Shown piece after piece: positions 10,684 to 18,435 of a stretch of DNA of 64,000 nucleotides; positions within the stretch are counted from its first letter, which is position 1; each line of letters starts with the position of its first letter. A program made the translations under genes and the position numbers. This DNA is from Candidatus Acidiferrum sp. (GTDB lineage: Bacteria; Acidobacteriota; Terriglobia; Acidiferrales; UBA7541). Below the pieces are notes generated by a model, which searched no databases, was not told where the DNA came from, and was given only the letters and a program-made list of their open reading frames with translations. Location: positions 529 through 64,528 of the forward strand of contig DASXMB010000054.1 of the NCBI GenBank assembly GCA_036495905.1, read 5' to 3'.

Positions 10684-10869
10684 CTACGCTCGCTCTACCT
10701 TCCTATCCGCCTCCGAACGCTGTTCCCGCACAGCCTGTGACAGTTGCCAAGCCCGCACCCGTTTGATTGCAACCGCTTCAACCTCTTCGCGCATTCCTTC
10801 CTCTTCGAGAAAACTGTCGAATGTCGAACCGCTGTGGTCGATCGCTCTGTGATTCTTCTTAACTTTCAT
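10684..10869 (-). pseudogene. Possible truncated remnant of an XRE/Fis-type HTH antitoxin-like gene
   Basis: A 61-aa reading frame starting at ATG 10869: MKVKKNHRAIDHSGSTFDSFLEEEGMREEVEAVAIKRVRAWQLSQAVREQRSEADRKVERA. The FDxFLEEEG..EEVEA.AIKRV block resembles the N-terminal part of a family that normally continues into an HTH domain. Here the frame stops early, about 35 bp from the REP-like element. The family assignment is from memory only. Confidence 0.3.
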
Positions 10870-10930
10870 TTCAATTGGAAAACGATGCCCTTCCTGTAAT
10901 CGTCGGCCGGTTCGCCGCCCAAAAAATGAC

Positions 10931-11734
10931 TCAACCTCCGAACCGCGCCACCGCCCCGCCCAAAATCCGCCGGCTCTTCTTCTCCTGCACAAACGCCACC
11001 ACCCGCAAATTCTCCGCCTTCCAACGCTTATCCACCTTAACCGTCTGCGACGCCCTATACGCGACGTCCCCCGCGCCCGCCACTGCTATCTTCCGCAAAC
11101 TCCGCACAATCGACGCGTGATGCACATCCTCCCCGGCGTTTTCCCCGCCTTTCACATCGGAGTGCAATCCCGCCTCTGTCACCGCCAGCCAAACTTCCGC
11201 AGTATCTCCTTTCGCCGCCGTCACTTTTCCCACTGACACGTCAAACGTATTCGCACCCGCACCGCTTCCCCCGCCCGTCACGCTCACCACCGCCTTTGCT
11301 CCCGCAGTTCCGCGCTGAATGCTGTCCCGCAAAGCCCCCTCTTGGCTTCCCACCAGTTGCGCTCCTCCGTCGATAATCGCTTGCGGAGTATACGCGCTCC
11401 CTCCGCCTAGCTTGCCCTCGTAAACATTCTGCCGTGCGGTATACTCCGCCGAAGAAAACGGATCCATCCACCCGGGAGTATTCCAGTAATCCACATGCTC
11501 TTCGAGCGCAATCACTTCCGTGCCCGCAATCGGTTGCTCGCGTTCCAGTTTCGCCAAAAGCAAATCCGCCGGAGGACAACTCGAGCATCCTTCCGACGTA
11601 AACAACTCCACAATCACCGGAGTCCGTTTCGAATTCTCTTGCGCCCTGGCCGGGCCTTCTGCCACGCGTCCAGCAACGCCCCACGCCAGCAATCCCGCCA
11701 TTCCCGCAACCGCAATTCCGCGTAACCCGTTCAT
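10931..11734 (-). CDS. DUF1223-family (thioredoxin-like) secreted protein
   Basis: Signal peptide MNGLRGIAVAGMAGLLAWGV, then VIVELFTSEGCSSCPPADLLLAKL...HVDYWN, typical of DUF1223. The ATG at 11734 is preferred over the track start at 11803. Confidence 0.75.
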   Translation of the reverse strand: MNGLRGIAVAGMAGLLAWGVAGRVAEGPARAQENSKRTPVIVELFTSEGCSSCPPADLLLAKLEREQPIAGTEVIALEEHVDYWNTPGWMDPFSSAEYTARQNVYEGKLGGGSAYTPQAIIDGGAQLVGSQEGALRDSIQRGTAGAKAVVSVTGGGSGAGANTFDVSVGKVTAAKGDTAEVWLAVTEAGLHSDVKGGENAGEDVHHASIVRSLRKIAVAGAGDVAYRASQTVKVDKRWKAENLRVVAFVQEKKSRRILGGAVARFGG

Positions 11735-11801
11735 AACCAGTCGCCTCCGCCCCCCCATGATACGCAATCGGCCCAGCTTCCCAAGGGCAAAAAATACGCC
11801 C

Positions 11802-12205
11802 AAACCATTCGAATTATAGTACTATAAAATAAATATATTGACTTACTAACAAAAGCATGCTACCCTGCCTCGTGACACTTTCACTCCATTCCGCAAGCTT
11901 GTGGGTGCCCCAGGGGCCGCCTTTGCACCTGGGGATTTTTCCGCTAGTCCTCAACTGCCATCCGGGCTCGAACATCCACACGCAACCACCGACTCCACCC
12001 AACCCCTCACCCACCAGTTTCCGGGTGCTCAGGCACTCCCTGCGGCCAGAAAGAAGGTCCATGGCACTGGCCAAGCCCATGCCCCTTCAAAATAACGTGT
12101 TGTGCAACCCTATTAGTATCAAAGAATTACAAACTGCTAAACCCGCAAACCCTTTGCAATCACATCCTTACAAATTGCCGGGGGTGGGGTGGGGCAGATT
12201 TTCGG
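11802..12205 (+). repeat. Promoter-bearing intergenic module, copy A; the paralogous copy is at 59393-59652
   Basis: The head AAACCATTCGAA-TAGTAC-..TATTGAC..CATGCTAyCCTG and the tail CATCCTTACAAATTGCCGGGGGTGG(G)GTGGGGCA..TTT..CCTTCAG are shared with the region upstream of the OsmC gene. The interior is divergent and rich in TTACAAA-containing sub-repeats. Confidence 0.55.
11838..11866 (+). promoter_or_regulatory. Sigma70-like promoter inside module A, pointing toward rnr
   Basis: TTGACT (11838-11843), 17 nt spacer, TACCCT (11861-11866). The same architecture, TTGACA-17-TATCCT, is found in copy B. Confidence 0.4.
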
Positions 12206-12310
12206 AATTCCTTCAGGAGAGCCCTTGTCGGCTCCGAAAGGGGACTAATGAGACGTGCCCACCAGCGATCGCTGGCCGGTCGCGCCCCAAAAAATTTGGA
12301 AAAGGAGCCC

Positions 12311-12349
12311 AAAAAGAAAAATGGAGGTGGGCCAGGTCGTCCCACCTCC
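12311..12349 (-). terminator. Orphan intrinsic terminator on the minus strand
   Basis: On the minus strand: GGAGGTGGG-acgacctgg-CCCACCTCC followed by ATTTTTCTTTTT. No minus-strand gene lies upstream of it. Confidence 0.5.
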
Positions 12350-12520
12350 ATCGAGTTCCCCTTGCGGGGAACTTTGCCGGAGGCCTGACGGAGGGTGGCC
12401 TGCCGGTCGTGTGTTGGTAAGGGTAATTACCCCGGAACGGGGAAAAAGTTCCGCGCCGCCCCCGGGATTTTTTCGTAGGTGGTTTTATATCGCTCTGGTA
12501 TCGGATAGTATCGCTGCACT

Positions 12521-15454
12521 ATGCCATCGCCGTCACAACTGAGTCCGGATAACATACTGCGCTTTCTGCAAGTTAGGCCGGAACCCGCTTCCGCCGTGGA
12601 CATTGCCGAAGCGCTGCACCTCGGCAAATCGGAGCGCCGCCCGCTTTTTCGCATGCTTGCCAAGTTGAAAAAACGCGGCGCCTTGCAGGAACTGCCCGGC
12701 GGGCGCTACCGCCTCGGCGGCCGCAAAGAAAAAAGCAAAGCCGGAGCCGCGCTCCGCGAGGAAAAACAATATATCGGCCAAACCGACCGCGAAAATCGCA
12801 ATCGTGGCGATCGGCCGAACGAAAATCGCAGCCGGGAAGGAGATCGAAATCGCCAAGACGACGGCGGCCCCGGCCAGCGCAGCAGCAACGATCGCGGCGG
12901 CAACGACCGTAGCGGAGAGCAGCGCGGGCAGAAACGCGGCGAACAAAATCGAGGCGAGCAAAATCGGGGCGAACAAAATCGGGGTGACCGGCGGGAACCT
13001 TCGCGCGAAGCGTCGCAACGGGAATTTTCGCAGCGAGAAAGCGGACGCGGTGGATCGCCGCAAGGAAGCAAAAATTTTCGCGACGCGGGCCAGCGCAATC
13101 AAGGCCGCGAAATGCCGGCCCGAGACCGGCGCACCGGCAATTTGCGCCACGAAAAAGAGAGCGGCGGAAATTCCGGCGCGGTAGCGCGAGGCCGCGACGA
13201 AATTACCGGCCGCCTGGTTTTGCACCACGACGGCTACGGCTTCGTGGTTCCCGATACGCCGATGCCACAAATCGAGCGTGACATCTTTATTCCGCGCGAT
13301 TCCGTGGAAGACGCCATGCACGGCGATCACGTGCTGGTAAAAATTGGCCGCGTCAGCGGACTGGTTGGAGAAAAACGCGCCGAAGGCCGCATCGTTCGCG
13401 TTCTGAATCGCGCGCATCCCACCGTGGTCGGATTATTTCGCTACGGGCCGCGCGCCAACATCGTCCTTCCGTACGACGCGCGCATGCAATACGAAGTGCA
13501 CATTCCGCCTGGCGAAGAGTTGACGCCGGAATTGTGGAAAAAACTTGGGCTCGATGCGCGCAGCATTCAGGGCCAGCGCATTCCGCAAATGGAAGAGCTG
13601 AATGGCGCGGTGGTCGACGTCGAATTAATTCGCTATCCGCGCGGCGGCGCTTCGCCCACCGGACGCGTGATCGAAATTCTCGGGCGCCCCGGCGATCTCG
13701 GCGTGGATATCGAGATCATGATCCGCAAGCATCACTTGCCGCACGTTTTTTCGCCGGAAGTGCTGCAGGAAGCGGAACGCCGCGCCCGTCCAGTGACGGA
13801 AGCGGAGCGCGCCAAGCGCGAAGATTTTCGCAACTTGCCGATTGTTACCATCGACGGCGAAACCGCGCGCGATTTTGACGACGCCGTATACGTCGAACGG
13901 CGAGCGGATGGCGGCTGGAATTTGCAGGTGCACATCGCGGACGTATCGCACTATGTGCGCACCGGAACGGAATTGGACGGCGAGGCGCGCTTGCGCGGCA
14001 CTTCGGTTTATTTTCCAGATCGCGCCGTACCCATGCTTCCGGAGAGTTTGTCGAATGGAATGTGCTCGCTGAAACCCCGCGAAGAGCGATTGGTGATGAG
14101 CGCGCTGATGGAATTCGATTCCGCCGGAAATATGCGCGGCTCGCGAATGACCTCCGGCGTAATTCGTTCCGCGGAGCGCATGACTTACACCGATGTGAAC
14201 AAAGTTCTGGAAGGCGATTCCGAAGCGAGCGCGAAATACGCGGAACTGGCGCCGCGTTTTCGAGACATGAAAGAGCTGGCCCTGCTGCTGAATGCGCGGC
14301 GCGGCGAACACGGTTCGATTGATTTCGATTTGCCGGAACGCGTGATCGAATTTGACGAACAGCAGCGCATGATCAATATCGGCCGCAGCGAAAGAAATAT
14401 CGCGCACCGGCTGATTGAGGAATTCATGCTGGCGGCGAATCGCGCGGTGGCCGGCTATTTGTTGCAGCGCGGATTCGCTTCGCTGCATCGCGTGCATGAA
14501 AAACCGGACGCCAAGAAAGTTTTGGATTTTGAAGAAATGGCGCGCGCGTTTGGCTATTCCCTGGGCGTGGAGAATTTGCATCAACGAGAAATTGCGGTGC
14601 GGCACGGGCGCGTGCCTTCGCCGGCAAAAGCGGGTCGCCCGGATTCGCGCGGCTATGGACGCGAACGCGAAATGAAAGTAGCGCTGCCGGGAACCACCGA
14701 ACTGCGCATTACGCCGCAGCATTATCAAAGATTGGTGCGCAAGCTCGCCGGCAAACCGGAAGAGCGCATCGTTTCTTACTTGATGCTGCGCTCGCTGAAA
14801 CAAGCGCGCTATGCCGCCGATCCGCTGGGACATTTTGCTTTGGGTTTTGAAGAGTACACGCATTTCACTTCGCCGATCCGGCGCTATCCGGATCTGGTGG
14901 TTCACCGCATTTTGAAATGGGCGCTGGAACATCCGCAAGAATCGGCGCCCAAGGGCAGCGTGGCGGAGCCAGGCGGCGAAGCTACCGTGTATTCGTACAA
15001 ACAGCTGGAAGAAATCGCCACGGAAACTTCCGAAGCGGAACGCCGCGCCGCCGGCGCCGAGCGCGAATTGATGGACTGGAAGACGGCGCAATTCATGGAA
15101 GAACATTTGGGCGAAGAGTACGACGGGCTGATTATTTCCGTGCAGAAGTGGGGTTGCTTCGTCGAACTATTCGAGATTTTTGTTGAAGGGCTTTTGCCGA
15201 TTCAGGCGCTGGAAGACGCGGCGAATGCGCGCTGCATCTATCGCGAAAAAGAGCACGTGATTGTGGCGCTACAAAATTCGGATGGCCGCCGCGGAAGTTC
15301 GGGAGGTCGGCGCGGGCGCGGCGCAAAGGTGCAAGAGCTTACCTGGCAGCTCGGCGATCGCGTGAGGGTGCGCGCGGAGCGCATCGATCCGATGCGACGG
15401 CGCGTGGAATTCGCGCTAGTGGATGGAATGGGCGACGTGCGCGAAGTAAGCTGA
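12521..15454 (+). CDS. rnr: Ribonuclease R, with a long low-complexity insertion after the N-terminal winged-helix domain
   Basis: 977-aa ORF with an N-terminal HTH-like segment, cold-shock-like domains, an RNB catalytic core (IDGETARDFDDAVYVE...HIADVSHYV...YFPDRAVPMLPE) and a C-terminal S1 domain (GLIISVQKWGCFVELF). Confidence 0.9.
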   Translation: MPSPSQLSPDNILRFLQVRPEPASAVDIAEALHLGKSERRPLFRMLAKLKKRGALQELPGGRYRLGGRKEKSKAGAALREEKQYIGQTDRENRNRGDRPNENRSREGDRNRQDDGGPGQRSSNDRGGNDRSGEQRGQKRGEQNRGEQNRGEQNRGDRREPSREASQREFSQRESGRGGSPQGSKNFRDAGQRNQGREMPARDRRTGNLRHEKESGGNSGAVARGRDEITGRLVLHHDGYGFVVPDTPMPQIERDIFIPRDSVEDAMHGDHVLVKIGRVSGLVGEKRAEGRIVRVLNRAHPTVVGLFRYGPRANIVLPYDARMQYEVHIPPGEELTPELWKKLGLDARSIQGQRIPQMEELNGAVVDVELIRYPRGGASPTGRVIEILGRPGDLGVDIEIMIRKHHLPHVFSPEVLQEAERRARPVTEAERAKREDFRNLPIVTIDGETARDFDDAVYVERRADGGWNLQVHIADVSHYVRTGTELDGEARLRGTSVYFPDRAVPMLPESLSNGMCSLKPREERLVMSALMEFDSAGNMRGSRMTSGVIRSAERMTYTDVNKVLEGDSEASAKYAELAPRFRDMKELALLLNARRGEHGSIDFDLPERVIEFDEQQRMINIGRSERNIAHRLIEEFMLAANRAVAGYLLQRGFASLHRVHEKPDAKKVLDFEEMARAFGYSLGVENLHQREIAVRHGRVPSPAKAGRPDSRGYGREREMKVALPGTTELRITPQHYQRLVRKLAGKPEERIVSYLMLRSLKQARYAADPLGHFALGFEEYTHFTSPIRRYPDLVVHRILKWALEHPQESAPKGSVAEPGGEATVYSYKQLEEIATETSEAERRAAGAERELMDWKTAQFMEEHLGEEYDGLIISVQKWGCFVELFEIFVEGLLPIQALEDAANARCIYREKEHVIVALQNSDGRRGSSGGRRGRGAKVQELTWQLGDRVRVRAERIDPMRRRVEFALVDGMGDVREVS
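12938..12985 (+). repeat. 15-nt tandem repeat, 3 units, inside rnr
   Basis: GAACAAAATCGAGGC / GAGCAAAATCGGGGC / GAACAAAATCGGGGT, encoding (EQNRG)x3. Confidence 0.7.
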
Positions 15455-15601
15455 CGCCCTGCACAAAATTAAGAGTCAGAGCGAAGTTCACTTGCGACTA
15501 AAGAGGCTCCAAGCCGAGCGGATTTTTCTCGTCGCGGGGTTTGACGTGATGGAAGGACCGAAGCGGAGGCGCTTAGTACGAAAAAATATTCGCAAAGAGA
15601 A

Positions 15602-16156
15602 TTAACGGCTGGCGCTGAGCGAGAGACGCAAAGAACTAAGCATGCGGCGGCCAGGACGGGTTGCGATGGCCGCGAATCGCGCCAGCGGCAACCACGCATT
15701 ACTGTAAAGCGAAAGGAGCGCAATCAGTTTTGCGAAAGCCATTCGCCGCGGCGACTGGAAATCGATGCGCCGGCCTCCGCGATACAGCCGGACCATGCGG
15801 CCAAGCAAATGGCGCGAGGCGATAAATCCATCGGCATCGGCGCAGGCATCGCCTTTAACAAATAATTTCGCGGACTCTTGCGAGCCATGCGTAGCGACAA
15901 TGCGATGCACGATGGTGCGATTTTCAGCGCGAAACAAAACCACGTCGCCGCGTTCCACTGAATTCAGCTCGGCGCGTTTCACCACCACGATGTCGCCAGG
16001 GCGCAGCCACGGCAACATGCTGTTGCCGCGCACGCGCAGCGAAATGCGTCCGCGCTCCGCAAGCGCCGCGGCAATGCGAGTGGCGTCGCCAGAGCGGCGC
16101 TCTCCATCAAAGCGGTGCGGTTTAGGCAAATGCGCGTAAGTAGTGTCAGAAGCCAT
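15602..16156 (-). CDS. S24/S26-family (signal-peptidase-I-like) serine peptidase, candidate leader peptidase of the RiPP-like island
   Basis: 184-aa ORF with LRVRGNSMLPWLRPGDIVVVKR...VHRIV...VKGD, the Ser/Lys dyad context of S24/S26 peptidases, and a hydrophobic C-terminal segment. Confidence 0.7.
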   Translation of the reverse strand: MASDTTYAHLPKPHRFDGERRSGDATRIAAALAERGRISLRVRGNSMLPWLRPGDIVVVKRAELNSVERGDVVLFRAENRTIVHRIVATHGSQESAKLFVKGDACADADGFIASRHLLGRMVRLYRGGRRIDFQSPRRMAFAKLIALLSLYSNAWLPLARFAAIATRPGRRMLSSLRLSLSASR

Positions 16157-16717
16157 TAGCAGTGTTCGGGGACAGTGTTCAGGTCACCGAAAGTTTTGAA
16201 AAATTTGTCCTGTCGCAGACGGTCGCAGAGCTGTCAATTTTGCGCGGCGATCACGTAGCAGCACACGGGAAACGTTCCAACTTGGTGCTTGTCGGCCAAG
16301 AATGCGCCACAACGGAACGTCAAAATGTGCTGGAACTAGGTTGATGTTTCAGAACGGAATGGTCAATGAACCTAATGTTTCATTTTGCTCAAAGGCACAC
16401 GGGGGAAAGACTGTACGTTGTGGCGAGGGGTTAGGAGTAGTTTTGCGGCGGGAAGTGGCCAAGTTGAGATCCTTCGGCCCGCAAAACCAGCGGCCCTCCC
16501 TACGCTTCGCCCAGGGCGAGCAGGATGACATCTTGGGCGTTGGGCGGCTGGACGCTGCGGCGAAAGCCCAGGAGTGCCGAAAGGCTGGAATCGCGGCGGA
16601 CCACTGAAAAAGTTGGGTATTGCGGCGAAAAGTCGCGAAGCTGCGGAGAGCGGAAATTGCGCGGAAGCCCTAGGTTGCGACGCAAGCCTGGAACTTGCGG
16701 GGCCCGCCAGATCGGGG

Positions 16718-16888
16718 CTAGGAACGGCGGACGGCTTGGCTGCAGGCGGCGCCTTGGCCAGGGAGTTTTCCACAGGCCAGGGCTAGAGTCTCGTAAATAG
16801 GCTCAGAAATGACGCTGGGCTTGGCGTAGGGCTTCTTATTGCCCTCCATGCCCTGCTTTTCGGTCGATTTCGGTCGATCTTCAGCCAT
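16718..16888 (-). CDS. Unannotated 56-aa candidate RiPP precursor peptide
   Basis: My own translation of the minus strand: MAEDRPKSTEKQGMEGNKKPYAKPSVISEPIYETLALACGKLPGQGAACSQAVRRS*. An AGGAA Shine-Dalgarno sits 6 nt before the ATG at 16888. The ORF starts 39 nt downstream of the rSAM stop on the same strand. It is below the 60-aa cutoff of the ORF track. Confidence 0.55.
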   Translation of the reverse strand: MAEDRPKSTEKQGMEGNKKPYAKPSVISEPIYETLALACGKLPGQGAACSQAVRRS

Positions 16889-16927
16889 AACCTGTTCCTA
16901 ACTCTCTAGCGCCGGGACTAGCGGCCT

Positions 16928-18142
16928 TTAGTGCAACCTCAATGATGACACAGAATTGGGTGCTGTGTCTGGACGTGTTGCGTTTATGGCACTAGCGGCC
17001 CGCTGGGCGTGCAGGGCGCTAATAGGACTGGCGATGCCAGCCATACGGGCTTTTTGCTCGGCCAGGTCGCAAGCTCGGTCGTAAGCACCGGTAATGTCGC
17101 CGCCTTCCATCAGGGCGAGGCCGGGGCAGCGTTCACAGTAGGCGCGAATGTCGCACGTGGAACATACCGGCAACTGGCTTTCGCGGATGGCGCGAAGTTT
17201 TTCCAGCTGTGGGGAGCCGTACCAAATGTCCTTAAAACGGTTGTTGCGCAGGTTGCCAGCGGCCTGGGGAAGCTGGACGCAGGGGAACACGTCGCCATAA
17301 GGGGAAATATAGCAACTGTTGTGGCCGGCGCTGCACATCATGTCTTCGTAGGCGCCGCTTTCGATGCCGCTGGAAACGGAGCTGCCGAGGGTGGGGAGAG
17401 GCGCTGCGGCGGAACCGAGATTTTCGGATTGCGCAGGCGGCTGGGGATGGCAGGAGCTCAGCGAAGAATCCTGCATGATTGGCAAAAGCTGTTCGGCGGA
17501 AGCGCGGTAGTCCAGAGTGCTGCTGCTGCCGTCCATCATCGGAGTGATGGTTAAGTCCAAAATGTAGGGAATGCCAAGTTTTTCCGCGAGGGCCATTACG
17601 CCGCGATAGGCGAGCAAATTTTGTTTCATCAGTGGGCAGGCGAGTTTCACCTGCAAACCTTGTTCGATGAGGAGAGGAATTGCGTCGAGGGTGCGTTGCA
17701 GCGAGCCGGGAACTTTGGTGATGGCATCGTGGATGGCGGGATCGTCGCTGTAGACGCTGATCTGAACGCGGCGCACGCCGAGTTCGCGAAGGCGAACGGC
17801 GCGTTCGCGAGTGACCATAAGAGCGTTGGTTTTCAGGCTGATGTCAAAATGCAGGCGGCGAGCGCCGGCAAGAATTTCAAAAAGATCGGGCCGTAGAAAA
17901 ATTTCTCCGCCACTGAAAGTAAGGAAAAGCGTGCCGGCGGCGGCGAGTTGATCGAGGACGGCGAGACATTCGGCGGTGGTGAATTCGCCGTGATCGTCGT
18001 GATCGAGATAGCAATGAACACAGCGTTCGTTGCAGCGATAGGTGAGATCGAAATGCACGCTGACCGGACGGCGTTTGTTGGTGGTTCGCGAAATGAAGCG
18101 ATCCATCAGCGGCGTGGGATTAATTTGGGCGGAAGCGCTCAC
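16928..18142 (-). CDS. Radical SAM enzyme with a C-terminal SPASM domain
   Basis: CX3CX2C motif CNERCVHC near the N-terminus. The C-terminal auxiliary-cluster motifs CSAGHNSCYISPYGDVFPC and CSTCDIRAYCERC fit the SPASM pattern. A GTG at 18142 overlaps the PqqD stop (GTGA). The alternative start is the ATG at 18106. The track ORF extends to 18250. Confidence 0.85.
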   Translation of the reverse strand: MSASAQINPTPLMDRFISRTTNKRRPVSVHFDLTYRCNERCVHCYLDHDDHGEFTTAECLAVLDQLAAAGTLFLTFSGGEIFLRPDLFEILAGARRLHFDISLKTNALMVTRERAVRLRELGVRRVQISVYSDDPAIHDAITKVPGSLQRTLDAIPLLIEQGLQVKLACPLMKQNLLAYRGVMALAEKLGIPYILDLTITPMMDGSSSTLDYRASAEQLLPIMQDSSLSSCHPQPPAQSENLGSAAAPLPTLGSSVSSGIESGAYEDMMCSAGHNSCYISPYGDVFPCVQLPQAAGNLRNNRFKDIWYGSPQLEKLRAIRESQLPVCSTCDIRAYCERCPGLALMEGGDITGAYDRACDLAEQKARMAGIASPISALHAQRAASAINATRPDTAPNSVSSLRLH

Positions 18143-18435
18143 CGAGAAATCCCTTCCGCGGATGCGGGAATGACGAGTTTTTTGGAAGACAATTCCTGCA
18201 AGAGATTTTGCGTGTCGGCAAGAGCGATGGGCTCGGCAACTTCGTAACAAGCGGCCAGCAAGGCGGCGAGATCGGAAGCGGAACGACGGCCGTCGATATT
18301 TTCCCAGATGAAAGTGCCGGTGTCGTTGAGTTCGTGCATGACGCTTTCGGCGGGAGAAATGATCACGGTTTCGCCATCGATTTCTCGCCAGGCGAGAGCG
18401 GGGTTTTTCTGCCAGAGCGCGGAAATTTCACTCAT
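18139..18435 (-). CDS. PqqD-family protein (RiPP recognition element / peptide chaperone)
   Basis: 98-aa ORF ...WREIDGETVIISPAESVMHELNDTGTFIWENIDGRRSASDLAALLAACYEV..., the typical PqqD/RRE pattern. Its ATG overlaps the upstream stop (ATGA at 18432-18435). Confidence 0.8.
   Translation of the reverse strand: MSEISALWQKNPALAWREIDGETVIISPAESVMHELNDTGTFIWENIDGRRSASDLAALLAACYEVAEPIALADTQNLLQELSSKKLVIPASAEGISR

Noticed and set aside
12176-12197. G-runs GGGGGTGGGGTGGGG, and GGGGGTGGGTGGGGG at 59620-59634, considered as possible G-quadruplexes.
   Set aside because: There are only three G-tracts per copy. A canonical intramolecular G4 needs four, so this is better explained as part of the shared repeat tail.
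12938-12985. The short tandem repeats in rnr and the 14-bp repeats at 52747-52802, considered as possible CRISPR arrays.
   Set aside because: The units are contiguous with no spacers, they are far shorter than CRISPR repeats, and no cas genes are present.
12533-15106. Long antisense ORFs opposite rnr (12533-13417 and 13625-15106). Similar cases lie opposite atpD (35748-37355), the beta-helix gene (24334-25752), serC (19235-20236), lpxC (6937-7938), glmU (5864-6871) and citrate synthase (22424-23203).
   Set aside because: They are shadow frames of clearly identifiable genes in GC-rich DNA. Their translations are Arg/Ala/His-rich low complexity with no recognisable motifs and no ribosome-binding sites.
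16372-16773. A 133-aa ORF (MENSLAKAPPAAKPSAVPSPDLAGP...) that overlaps the candidate precursor peptide in another frame.
   Set aside because: It is Pro/Ala/Ser-rich low complexity with no RBS, and it begins inside the better-supported 56-aa ORF. The 56-aa frame has a Shine-Dalgarno and precursor-like features. The overlap is still noted as the main alternative reading.
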